From: Octopus sinensis
Taxonomy: Eukaryota
Length of the DNA stretch: 64,000 nucleotides
NCBI RefSeq assembly: GCF_006345805.1
Contig: NC_043004.1
Span: 38,936,001-39,000,000, forward strand
Direction: 5' to 3'
Shown in pieces: positions 24,778-37,333 of the stretch; position 1 is the stretch's first letter, and every line of letters starts with the position of its first letter. Position numbers and translations under genes: made by a program. The notes under the pieces are model-generated. The model was given only the letters and a program-made list of their open reading frames with translations, did not search any database and was not told the origin of the DNA.

Positions 24778-27700
24778 TAAAGGGAAAAAGAACTACATCG
24801 ACAACAACTGCAACGGCAACAACAACAATTTAACTGGCAATTTACACACATCTATAGAGCGTGTGGAAATGTGTGAGTGTGAATGAATTGTGTGTGTGAC
24901 TGTATTTTTCTGAGCGCATTTGTCCTTGTGCGTCAATAATATTACGATATGAAGCTTGATATATTCATTAGTGGTCATGTTTAGAATGATTTCGATTTTT
25001 TTTATTTAAGAATACCATTAATTATTCCTCTGTTAATATCGAATTCAAGCATCAGAAGTGTCAATCTAATTTTTTTTTTTTTTACAAACAAAATGCAAGC
25101 CACTTTATGAAATTCAAATATTTATTGACTGCATTGTGCGGGCAATTAAATATCTATCAACTGCCTAAGAATGGGAAGTTGGCAGATGTGGCACTCACAG
25201 TTTTTATAATAGCAACAAACGAAGAAGTCAATATGAAATAGAAATGTACAACTATAGTAAGTAAAACTGTGCTACAGTGTTATTTCGCCGATATTTTCCC
25301 ATATACTCTTGGCTACATATCTACTTGCACTTAGCGCTTTATTGGTAACTCAAGAATGAAAGAAAATTAATATATTATACAGAAAGGGATACATTTTGCT
25401 ACGACACTAGAATAATAAGTAGTTACAAAGTAATAATGAACATTGCTAAAGCTTTCCTTAAGAATGACTATATTAATGTAAATAGAAATATCGAATGTTT
25501 AGCTACTACGGCAATACAGTACGGTCATGTAAATTACTCCACTGAGAGCAACTAAACGTATCGATTTATGTGAACGGATATATGCGAAGATGTGTATTCT
25601 GAACACAATGTTCATTATTCAGCAGCCATTTTTTATAACATATGTATAATAGCTTTCAGCTACGAAAGAATACGACTAAAAAGAAACAAAGAAAGACTGA
25701 AAGAGTAGATTTCGAGATTACATATCTTACGAAATCTAGTTTTCCTTCTCTCGATTTTGAATTCAACTTCTACTATTTGTTGTCAATAATTTCATGATAC
25801 AAAGTTCAATAAGTTAGAATAATAATAAAAAAGATGGCTTTACTATAGTCGTGTTCTAACAGAAAGGCCTAAGGGCTAATCTTATACGAATAATGAATGT
25901 CAAACGGTACTCAGTTGTAGGAGGCGGTACGAAGCTCTGATACCATAGAAAATATAGCAGTGAGATAGTAAGGTTAAGTTAATAGAAATGTCAGTTGTTA
26001 ACAGCAAATGACATTGAAGCTTATTGAAGGATAACAAAAACTGTTATAGTATAATACAACAGATTGTGCACTATCAATGAGCCTTTTACATACTAGACAT
26101 TATAATAAACTAGATTAATTGACAGAGCGGAAATCTTATAGTCTTCCAAAATATACCAGCAAAATTGTTTAACACACGATCAATGGATAACAAAATTCGG
26201 TTAACTGAACCAAGAAAAGATCTTCTGCGTTGACATTGATCTTCTTGACCATAAGGCAAGTTTCTTTCAGATCACACAATATTATATTACATTCAAAGTT
26301 ATGTCCCATCCTTTTCAACATACACGAACAAAGTTGTTTAATACACAAGTGCAAATGTAAAAGAAATAGGGAATTCAAGAAAACAAAGCTTCCTTTGAGT
26401 AGTCAATGAATTGATAGAAATATCACCCACATTTACTTCAGATCCTACCATGTCATCTTGCAAAAGGAGACTGGCATAAAAGAGTACGGTTTTCGATGTG
26501 CTGTATGGTTTTCGAACATAATTGTCTTGAATTTGAACAAAATGCAACGACCAGAAATTTTGAAGCGGTTTCTCAGTTTAAAGCAGAGGCTTCTTCTAAA
26601 CAGAAGTAGTTACGAAATAGATTTGATAATTTAACAATGACTCGGTAATCCTCCAATCAAAGTACGAAATGTTAATAATTGACTAGCAAAGAAGAGATAA
26701 AATATATGCATACCTATCTAAAACATTAATAAATAGTGCTATGTATAAGAAGTCCGTCAATGTTTAGAAACTAATAATAAAATAGATTTTGCAGATTGAA
26801 GCCAAGAGTACTGGAATGCAGAAGTATACTACACACACACACACAAATATACTCAGACATATACATACATACAAACACACACACACACACATATATATAT
26901 TTTTTTTATCATATACACATATATCCATGTACCTATCATACACATACATCCATGTATGTGTGTGTGTATGTGTGCATGCGCCTCTGTGTGAGTGTGCCTG
27001 TGCGTATGTATGAGTGTGTGTATATCTGCGTGTCTGTGTGTATGTGTGTTTGTGCGTGTGTGAAGTACACGTATATATAATAATATGGGAAAAATTTATT
27101 CGTAAATTAAATGTAATAAAGTGCAATAAGGGTTGCTATTTACACAGGTTATTTGCTCCAAAGCTGCAATACATCTTGTACACTTTTTTAATATCATTCG
27201 TGGTTTGGTTTATGCAAACATGATTAGCAAAGATGCAAAAGGATCTCATAAATATAAAGGAAACTCTAAAATCTTCAGATTTTTATCCATAAGGACCAAT
27301 ATCAGAAGAAATCAAAATTTCAGGTGAAGGAAAATGAAGACATTTCTGTTTTTATGAATTGTACTTTATGATACATTATCGACAAAAAAATTAAATATCA
27401 AGAAGCAGTTTTAAGTTTCTTTAAATGGAAGTGCAGGCGAAGTTTATTTTAATCTATGAATAAAATACTCTTCATAAAACCTGCAATTTGAATGTGTAAA
27501 GCTAGATTAAGACATGATTCTTATTTTGCTTTTCCCCATTCTGAAACATGATTCACGGAAAAAATAATTTTCATACTGATATTAAATTTCAAGCTGCTAT
27601 TCCTCATAAAGAATGTGCAACATATTTTGAATTATATTTAAAAAAAAGAAGAAACATCTCTCTGTTTTCGACATTATGAAAAGTACAGGCCTACAGTTCA

Positions 27701-28180
27701 TGCAAGCTGTTTTCATTTCAGGAACACTAGCACTGACAGTTCGAGAATTATTACACGAATACACTTTATATAGCTGAAACGTTTAATTCTTAATGAGAAT
27801 ATACCCGGAATGTATATCAAGAAGGGTTAGATGTGCTGAAACAAAACTTTTTTCTATGGATCATTTATTACAATAGCAACTTTGAAAAGGAACGTTATCT
27901 CATAAGCGACGCACTTAGAAGCTTCTACCAACCAGATAAACTGCATTAAAGACAAATTACAATTTGTAGTCAAGTATTACAACTCTGAGTAAGACTGGTT
28001 ACAGAAATTTCTATCCTGTGATGCATCAAGATTCAACCAATCTAAAGACACGTGAGATTGTTACCGCACCAGAGTTAGTAAGGATTTCCCATCCTTACTA
28101 TTAAACACAGAAGATCAAAACTTTTGGTAGAGTGCAATTTGGATCTACAGCTGTTGAAAAAATATATATGTATGTATGTA

Positions 28181-28322
28181 TAGGCGCAGGCATGGCTGTG
28201 TGACAAGAAGCAACTAAGTGGCTCTGGTGTTAGTACTGCCTGGCATATTGGGCACTCTATTTTTCTATAGCCGAAGCGGCGAACAAAGCCTTCTCAAGGC
28301 ATTTGGAAGCCGGAAACTGAAA
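28181..28322 (+). mobile_element. Degenerate SINE 5' half
   Basis: aggcgcaggcatggctgtgtgacaagaagc...ctatagccgaagc...aaagccttc...ggaaactgaaag matches the family at 2885-3292. Confidence 0.6.
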
Positions 28323-28335
28323 GCGTATTTACATT

Positions 28336-28910
28336 AATGCAGGGAATGTTTTTAATCTGACCAGACTGATATTCAAATCAAACGTTTTTACTTCACTGAT
28401 TAGGGAACTCTTATACTCTGACGATTGCCATCTAGTCAGTCACTCTGAAACAATACTGCAATCTCTTGTATCTGCATTTGACAAAGCTTGTGATGATTTT
28501 GACTTGACCATCAACTAGTTGCAATGTATCAACCTGCACGGATAGCTGTTTGCAACCCCTCTAAGATTTTCGTTAAGAGTAAATTACTTGAGGCCGTTGA
28601 CTCTTTCATCTGAATTTGGTGGTTTAGAGTCACGTGTTTGCCGTCAACAACATATAAATAACAACACATCCCTATTGTATTGTATTCTTATGAATCAAAG
28701 ACGTGTTATGAAAGGTATTTCATTTGAAATTAGAACGATTCTACCAAAAATGCCTTCAACGCATTTTAAACATTAAATGGGGATATTTTTTAGTTCAGAT
28801 TCAGATGTCTTTGCGTCTGCAGGTATCGCTTCAATTAAAGTAATGATTCTGAAGAACCATACGAGATGGTCTGGCAACATTGTTCGAATGACGGATGGGC
28901 ACACGTTCCA
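28336..28910 (+). mobile_element. RTE-clade LINE reverse transcriptase relic
   Basis: Translation GNVFNLTRL...IRELLYSDDCHLVSHSETILQSLVSAFDKACDDFDLTIN* (YSDD at 28414-28425); later ERFYQKCLQRILNIKW and RWSGNIVRMTDGH. Confidence 0.82.
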
Positions 28911-28974
28911 ACATATATAAAAGTTAACAGTATGCGATAAAAATTCCAAGGCTGTGAATAGTTTTCAGAACATT

Positions 28975-28982
28975 ATATACAT

Positions 28983-29033
<51 letters not shown>

Positions 29034-29066
29034 ATATATATATATATACATATATATATATAATAC

Positions 29067-29113
<47 letters not shown>

Positions 29114-29157
29114 ACATATATATATATATAATACATATATATATATATACATACATA

Positions 29158-29220
<63 letters not shown>

Positions 29221-29260
29221 CATATATATATACTATATATATATATACATATATATATAC

Positions 29261-29313
<53 letters not shown>

Positions 29314-29461
29314 CATATATATATAATATATACATATATATATAACATATATATAATATACATATATATATATATATATACAATATATATATATATATAC
29401 ATATATATAATATATATATACATATATATATATATATACATATAATATATATATATATAAC

Positions 29462-29492
<31 letters not shown>

Positions 29493-29580
29493 CATATATT
29501 ATACATATATATATAATTATATATATATATATATATTATACATATATATATATTATATATACATATATATATATATATAC

Positions 29581-29644
<64 letters not shown>

Positions 29645-29649
29645 ATTAT

Positions 29650-29686
<37 letters not shown>

Positions 29687-29690
29687 TTAT
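28975..29690. repeat. About 700-bp degenerate (TA)n tract
   Basis: Almost purely A/T with scattered C; source of the poly-IY ORFs. Confidence 0.97.
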
Positions 29691-30834
29691 GGACATATAG
29701 ATGTATGGATATATGTATATGTGCGCATATTAATATAATATAGATACACATGTGTGTGTATATTTATATTATATGTACACACATGGACACACAGTGAAAC
29801 ATACCTGAACAAGCTTACACGCACACACACTCATATGTATGCTTGCATGTATTAAATCATACATTATTATACAGCTATCCATACACTGCGAAACAGAGAG
29901 GGTGAGAGAGAGAGAGTATGTGTGTGTGTATGTGTGTGTGTGTGAAAGAATAGTGCACCTAACATAATGGCAGAGATTAAACATACTTGATTGTGTAGAG
30001 ATACTTTACTCTCATTTCACTTCTACGATATAGATGCCATGTGTATGCTGAATCGGTCTTTATTATAAATAAACTAACAATAGGAACGAATATATTCCAC
30101 AATAATTAAAAGTGATGATGCTTTAAGAGAAAAAAATATTACATAGTAAGTAATATAAGTGCAGGAATAAATATCTAAATAAAGCAAATAATTATATTTT
30201 TTGGTAGACAAACGAGAAGAGTGCTAGAATGTCCGTAAGGCTAGATAGAATAGGATGGTGTTTATAGAAGAATATTAATAAAATAGATGCACAGTAAAAA
30301 GGAATACTTACAAAGAATAGAATAAAAAGGAAACAAAGTAATTAAGAGATCTCTTTAGTGTAAAGCACTTTAGTTGGGTGTGTCTTGTTTAGTAGTGACT
30401 GAGAGGCGTCAATCTGACACTTTGTAGCAAATTAACAATTCTGTCGATTGCTAATGTTTTATCTCGGCATATATTGGCAAAGCTGAATAGATAGACAACT
30501 CATTAGATTTCAAAGATCAACATTAGCTAAAATAGATGATGGCTGATCAGAGATTAATCGGATGTGATTTTTATAAAGAATGTCATTAAAATGCAAATGA
30601 GAAAACAAAAACAAGAATAATATGTGTTTCCAATAAAAGCTGAAGGCCTACAAATTTGAGTAAGTCGATGATGCTAACCACAGTTCTTAAGAGACATTTT
30701 TTTTTGTATTTCTTTGATGAAGGGAAAGTTGATTACAACAGGATTTAAACTAAGAAAATAAAGTGACGGAACAAATTATACAAAGCAGTTTTTTTCTACA
30801 CCCTGACAATCTTTCTAGCTTATTGCCTGAACTA

Positions 30835-30995
30835 CGGTTTCAAATTTCGGCACTAGGCCGGCAATTTCGGTGGAGGAGAATTTCGATTACATCGACCCTA
30901 GTGCCCAGCTAGTGCTTATTTTATCGACCCCGAAAGAATGAAAGGCAAAGATGACCCTGGCAGTATTTGAACTCAGAACCTAAAGACGGACGAAG
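30835..30995 (-). mobile_element. SINE fragment with Deu/Nin-like central domain
   Basis: attacatcgaccctagtg...ttttatcgaccccgaaagaatgaaaggcaaag...tttgaactcagaac, homologous to 55284-55518. Confidence 0.65.
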
Positions 30996-31252
30996 GGATA
31001 TTGATCATGCTACTCGCGACATCTTCACACCAAAAAATGTCATACAAGAAATTTCGAGGGGTACTACAAGAACATCCTGGTTGATACTTACATTTAATGA
31101 TGGATTTGAAGGGAAAATGAAGCACCTCATGTAAGCCCCTACATTATTATCCAACTTAAAATCTGTTTATGCCACAGTTACTTCAAGTGAAAACTATACT
31201 CCTCCATGTAGGCTTAGTATTACATGTTCATAGATGTCACTGTATTCATATA

Positions 31253-31538
31253 TTGTTGTTTGTTCCTTCTCAAGTCATGTCTAGTTCATAGGGCCGGTTT
31301 CCCGGTTTCCTTGGCGTATATGTTCCCCACCTGGACGGGACGCCGGTCCGTTGGAGGTGAGCTGCAAGATGCATGGGGAATAGTGTGGCGAAAGAGTCAA
31401 CAGAAGTTCGCCATTACCTTCTGCCGGAGCCGCGTGGAGCTTAGGTGTTTCGCTCATAAACACACACATCTGAGATTCGAACCTGCGATCCCTCGATCGC
31501 GAGTCTGCTGCTCTAACCACTAGGCCATGTGCCTCCAC
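31253..31538 (-). mobile_element. tRNA-derived SINE, full length with different 3' tail
   Basis: Head gtggaggcacatggcctagtggttagagcagcagactcgcgatcgagggatcgcaggttcgaatc; tail ggaccggcgtcccgtccagg...gagaaggaacaaacaacaa. Confidence 0.85.
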
Positions 31539-33069
31539 GTATTCATATATACATACTCACATTTTAATTTTAAATCATTAACATATCTTATTTTTCTCCC
31601 TAGCCTTCAGGATAAATATTCATTAAACAATTGATTTTGTCCCCTTACCACGGGTTTAACTTCTTCTTTGTAATAGTCTTGTGTTTGAATGATGTCACAA
31701 GAACTTGACACCATTATTTAACTCAGCAAATATATTATTTCTAAGCCAATCACTTCATATGTACAGCTTATCCTTGCAGTAGCTTCGAGATAGAGATGCC
31801 AGCCATATATCAACTCATTAGCATTTACTGACCTCTGCCGGCTAATCTTCACAAAGACAAACATTCAACAAAGCAAATGCAATCCTCTAATGAGTCTTAG
31901 CTTACTAAGGCTAAAGAGAAACAACACGAGAGGGAGAGAGAAAGCGGGAAAATGATAACGAAAAGAAGGATTATGAATAATGAGATTACAGAGAAAAATA
32001 CATCCAGGAAATTTAGTGTTTGATTAGTACATTCCGTATGCTGCTAGTCACTTTGATACAACGAGGGATTTGTCTTATTTTAACGTAATAGAACCATGGA
32101 AACTGTTGCTTGTTATCTCAGAGAAGACCCGAATATGTAATTGTCAATATAGTTGACCGTGGATCAAACTTAGAGCGCAATATATTATTTATCTATTAAA
32201 TTATCACAGCGGAACAAGGTTTCGATATCTTGTGATATTACACAATCATGAACGAGTCTATATACCTTTAAATATAAATCATTTAGCGAAAGCATTGGAG
32301 CTAATTTAATTATTTGCCTTGCAAATGCATTGCGCCAGTGGTTCTCTGTTGATCATATGTTGTCAAAGTAATCAATCCATTGTATTGGTAGATTTCTGAA
32401 AATCTGGATACTTAAGTTGACTGAAAATATATTGGAGAACTGTATAAATAACCGAGCTATTATTGGATTGAAAAGTCTAGAAAATGATCGTCAGAAAACC
32501 ACTGTAATAGGCTTAACCTGTGAAATGCCACATAAGTGTAGAGTAAGAATGCAGGGGGAAATGAGGAAAATCGAGAGACGAAGAGAATGAGTCAAAGAGA
32601 GAGAAAGTGTGTTAGAGATTTCTATAATCGGAAATCGTCGAGCTCTCAGATATGTTGAAACGGAGGTAGTATTTGTATATGAGATTGCTTGGTTTCGTTG
32701 GGGTATAATTAGCGCATATTTTGTATGATTCAGTTTCTGATTGTATGAAAAGCATACTCGTGTAGCTAAGAAAATATAGAGATGTAATTAAGTTTACTAT
32801 CTCAATTAGAGGATGTAAGAACAGTTGATTGATATAGCAATTAAACGAGTATGAATGTTTCTCACAATGATTTGTATTGATGCATAATTTCTTTTCTTTT
32901 TCTATTTCATACGAGAGTCACGCTAGCGACGTCGTGAAATAAAGATTTTGGAGAGTATGGTGAAATATATCACAAATACATATACATACATGCCTTTACA
33001 CCACAACACATACACACACCACAACAACACACACACACCACACACATATATATATATATATATATATAG

Positions 33070-33133
<64 letters not shown>

Positions 33134-33907
33134 TCAACTTATTCAACATTTGCAAAACAGTCAAAACAAGTCTTAATAAAGAAATAATCTAACACTATAG
33201 TCGAACAAGCTGTCCATCAAGCTATCATTGTTTAAATATATCCGTGAAGAAACATAGAATCTTTATTGCCAGGGCGCCAAAAGGTAGAGAATTTCCATCC
33301 GCAAAAGTTCTGCACCACTTTAAATATAAAAAGGAAGGAGTAAGTATTACCTATTAATGGTGTTCAAGAAAAAGCCAACAGAATTGAATTATAGAATTAG
33401 CCATGAGCGAATAGTGGATGTGGTGGTCAGGAGACGTGGCTAGATTAAAAATTAAGAAATTTCGTAGTCAAATACACTGTACTGATTTACGCCCGGGTAC
33501 AAAACCACAAAGACAATCTTTCTGTTGATACAATGACCAGCTAAATATCAATCTGTAATATGGGCGGGATTCATACAAAAACGTAGGAAACTAAAAACCA
33601 AAACCGTGCAAACTGGAGTCACCCCCATCACTACCGGAAATGAACTGAAGTGAAAAGTAAAAGAGATCACTACCGACATTGTTCCTGCCTATTTTACGCG
33701 TTGATCGGCCTCCTCAGTCACTAATGCCAACAATATGGAGACACAACTCAGAAAGAAACTGAAATACTCGTATACAAAAATCCACAACGTCGTCTCCGAT
33801 TAATATATATATATATATTATATATATATATATATGTTTGCATGTTTGTATATATGAGGGAAACACAGCGAAAATGTGTGAGTGAGCTTGTGCATGTAGG
33901 GTTATCG

Positions 33908-33939
<32 letters not shown>

Positions 33940-34924
33940 ATATATACACAAATGTATACATACATATATATGTATGTATGTATGTGCGTATGTCTGTGGT
34001 GGGCTGAAAACGAATCTACATATGTCCATTGTATAGAAAGAGGTATTTAGAGAAACAAAGTGTAGCAAAGAGTAATACAGTACAAAAGATAAAAGAAAAC
34101 AATAGAATATATAACCATAGTTATTATTTATGTTTGTTATATCTGTTTCCTGTATTCTAACTTTTGTGCATCTATATATAAATATTCAAATACTGGTTTA
34201 TGTACAGAAGACATATGCATGTAAAAATAAGTTAGATTTAACTTTGAAAAGCTATCCTGGTTTCTCGTGCATATGTTTGTATCCGTATACATATACAGAC
34301 ATTTTGACGTTATTTATTCAAAGAAAGTCATATTGTATTCATTCATAAATAAAAGATTTTGCAGGTTTTGGTTCGATAATAAACGGAAAACTAAATTTCA
34401 TAAACTTTTATCATTGAAACGTATTACATCATCGAATATATTAACTTGAACATTTGAGAAGAGTTAACAAAATTATTCACTAGTAAGTATGGAAATATAC
34501 ACCGACATAATTTCGTACAAATCGAAGGTAAATTTGTTAAATTCTGATGTACACAAAACTAGAAGTGCATTGTTATGATATCTTCCTTTGACATGCAAAG
34601 ATATACCCTGGAACCTTTATGTCGTCGCTAGACATGATAGAAATAGCTGAGTTATCACTCAGGAATCCCAGCGCAGAGTTTTCAGAAATGAAGAAAGCTT
34701 TCGTTACCTTACATAATGTAAGATAAAACAATTACGTCTGAAATGTATTTATTTAGAAATCTATCCCAACAATAGACAACGCGAACAATATAGTCCTTGT
34801 GAATTTTTACAGCTGTGTGTACCAGGTAGCCTCAGTGTACTACTGTAACACAATAAAACAATACAACGTGAATTATGCATTCCAGAGCATCTAACTTCGC
34901 TTATGATCATCGAGCCGAGTATAT

Positions 34925-35225
34925 ATATATACAGACCGCCTTTGGTGACAAAGGACCGTGGGATTGCACCTAGAAAGTTCCCCTTCGAGATACAAATCCG
35001 GGCAAGGTTGTTTATGGAAGATCAGCAGTCTTCACGCCACCGATTTTATCCAAAAGAAAAGCAAAGACCGATACAGCTTGGCACCAGTGACGTCGCAACT
35101 CATTTCTACAGCTGAGTGAACTGGAGCAACGCGAAATAAAGAGCCATGCTCAATAACACAGCGCACATCCCAATCTGAATATCGAACTCACTACCTCATG
35201 ATTATAGGCCCGACACTCCAGCCAC
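34925..35225 (-). mobile_element. tRNA-derived SINE (third family)
   Basis: Minus strand B-box-like gagttcgatattc, then ttgagcatggctctttatttcgcgttgctccagttcactcagctgtagaaatgag. Confidence 0.55.
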
Positions 35226-35529
35226 TGAGACATACGCCTTTGACATTGCATCACTCAAATCAAAGAACCACAACCTCCAAAAATGCGTGATGACCATCAT
35301 TAACATTTTAGAGCAGCTGAGGAGATTTGGGCCATTGAGAAAATAAACTGAATCCCAAAGTGTTCTTTTCATTAGCCAAAAAACATGAAGCCGCTGTTTC
35401 CACTGTTGGTCCTCTGGTTGATGAGAACAACACTCTATATGCATGATGATACAAAATCCATTTGCCTGATACTCTACAGACAATACTGCTCTGTTTTCAG
35501 TAGCGCTAACTCGGTTGATCTGGCTAATG

Positions 35530-35645
35530 CGGTCGATCTGGTTCTCGTTTTACAGGGAGTGTTTCCAAGTTTGAATGGCTCTGGTGAGAGAGTTTGGAAA
35601 GCCAGACTACTTCATCACTATGACAACCGACCCAAAGTGGACTAA
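35530..35645 (+). pseudogene. Helitron Rep motif fragment
   Basis: 35575 onward reads MALVREFGKPDYFITMTTDPKW (consensus-like AMAIVR.YGKPDLFITFTCNPKW); upstream in another frame GRSGSRFTGS resembles the preceding SSFTGS motif. Confidence 0.68.
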
Positions 35646-35854
35646 GGCAATGTTTGTTTCTTGGAACTATGTGCATATATTGGCTTTGGACTCAGGATGT
35701 AAGGGTATGAAAGGTATCTGTACTGAAAACGTTGTATATAAAGAAATTCTTTAGGAAAATGGTAGTAAGTTTCACTTCTTACTTTCAAACTATGAACAAG
35801 AATTTAGATATATACCAGCTGAATCGACCGCTCGGAGAGCAGTGATTCAGCTAG

Positions 35855-35925
35855 TAATGATAATAATAGTAATAGTAATAATAATAATAATAGTAATAAT
35901 AACAATAATAATGATGATGATGATG

Positions 35926-35974
<49 letters not shown>

Positions 35975-36036
35975 TAATAATAATGATAATAATAATGATA
36001 ATAATAATAATATAATAATAATAATAATAATAATAA

Positions 36037-36067
<31 letters not shown>

Positions 36068-36072
36068 AAGAA
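35855..36072. repeat. (AAT)n/(GAT)n/(AAG)n microsatellite
   Basis: Direct reading. Confidence 0.95.
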
Positions 36073-36369
36073 TATATGTGTCTGTGTATGTGTGTATGTA
36101 ACTGTATGTTTGCATTTATGTATATATGTATGTATGTATGTATGTATATATGTTGTGATAGTTCGTCATTGGGGCATATACCTTTTTGATTGGAGTTTGT
36201 GTGTTATGTGAGTCCACGTTTAGGAAAGGGGCTATTCTGGTGGGGTTACTGTTAATAGTGGCTCTTCTTTGAAATATTTTACACTTAAGTAACATTCCGT
36301 GAACCATTGAGTCATTGTTTTAATCACGTGAATTTAAGAGAACCCCGTAAACTAAACAAGACTTCGGCT

Positions 36370-36448
36370 AAAACCCTTTAATGCGGTGTTCCAGCATGGC
36401 CGCAGTCAAATGACTGAAACAAATAAAATGATAAAAGAATAAAAGAAC
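36370..36448 (+). mobile_element. SINE 3' tail fragment
   Basis: cagcatggccgcagtcaaatgactgaaacaaataaaa. Confidence 0.75.
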
Positions 36449-36492
<44 letters not shown>

Positions 36493-36497
36493 ATATA

Positions 36498-36544
<47 letters not shown>

Positions 36545-36599
36545 TATATATATGTGGATGTGTGTGTGCGTGTGCGTATGTTTGTGTGTGTGTGTTTTT

Positions 36600-36985
36600 A
36601 TTATTTTTATTCTTGTATTTGTTTCAGTCATTTGACTGTGGCCATTGTGGAGCACTAGATTAAAGGGTTTTATTCGAGGAAATCTACCCCAGGATTTATT
36701 CTTTGTAAGAATAGTACTTATTCTATCGATCTCTTTTGCCGAATCGCTAAGTTACAGGGGCGTAAACACGCCAACATCGGTTTTCAAGCAATGGTGAGGG
36801 AAAAACATAGACACATACACATATATATATATATATATATACGACGGGCTTCTTTCAGTTTCCGCCTTCCGAATGCACTTAGAAGGCTTTAATCGCCCCG
36901 AGGCTATAACATAAGAAACATGCTCAAAGTGCCACGCAGTAGGACTGAACCTGAAACGATTTGGTTGGGAAACAAGGTTCTTACT
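36600..36985 (-). mobile_element. Near full-length SINE of the 2885-3292 family
   Basis: Tail tttgtttcagtcatttgactg, body ctattctatcgatctcttttgccgaatcgctaagttac, internal (TA)n, head side acgcagtaggactgaacctgaaacgatttggttgggaaac. Confidence 0.85.
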
Positions 36986-37236
36986 AGCAAATTCAACATG
37001 AATAGTTAATCTTACTCAGTGCTAGTTCTAGGCGTGGCGCAGATATAAAAGATGGGCTTCATATTTTACTACACCTGTTTTGGATGCAATGTTTTTTTAA
37101 ATGTATTTTTAGATTTCATCATAACATACCTCCACCGTCCTCAAATAAAATAGTAAATACGTATAAACAGGTATGGTAAAATTTAGAAGATGCCTAGTTG
37201 GTCATTTCCTAGTTTTTACCTCACCCGTTTATAAAT

Positions 37237-37333
37237 GTTTAAATTTTTGCCTGAGGATGGTGGATTCATGCTATGATGTAATTTTGGTATGCGACAATAA
37301 AATTCTACCGAAAACCTAGAGAAATATTTAAAC
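37237..37333 (+). ncRNA. Candidate degenerate type I hammerhead
   Basis: GTTTAAATTTTTGC CTGAGGA T GGTGGATT...AATTCTACC GAAA ACC TA GAGAAATATTTAAAC; distal stem I GTTTAAAT/ATTTAAAC is perfect, stem III is not palindromic. Confidence 0.45.

Noticed and set aside
28954-29751. Long overlapping IY-repeat ORFs (and similar ORFs at 270-814, 4777, 11004, 14166, 15621, 17313, 26764, 51616, 60048)
   Set aside because: Translations of (TA)n, (CA)n and (GATA)n repeats, which lack stop codons in some frames.
31470-31538. tRNA-like sequence (also 17140-17211, 49270-49338)
   Set aside because: A/B boxes are present but continue into shared SINE bodies, with degraded cloverleaf pairing; SINE heads, not tRNA genes.
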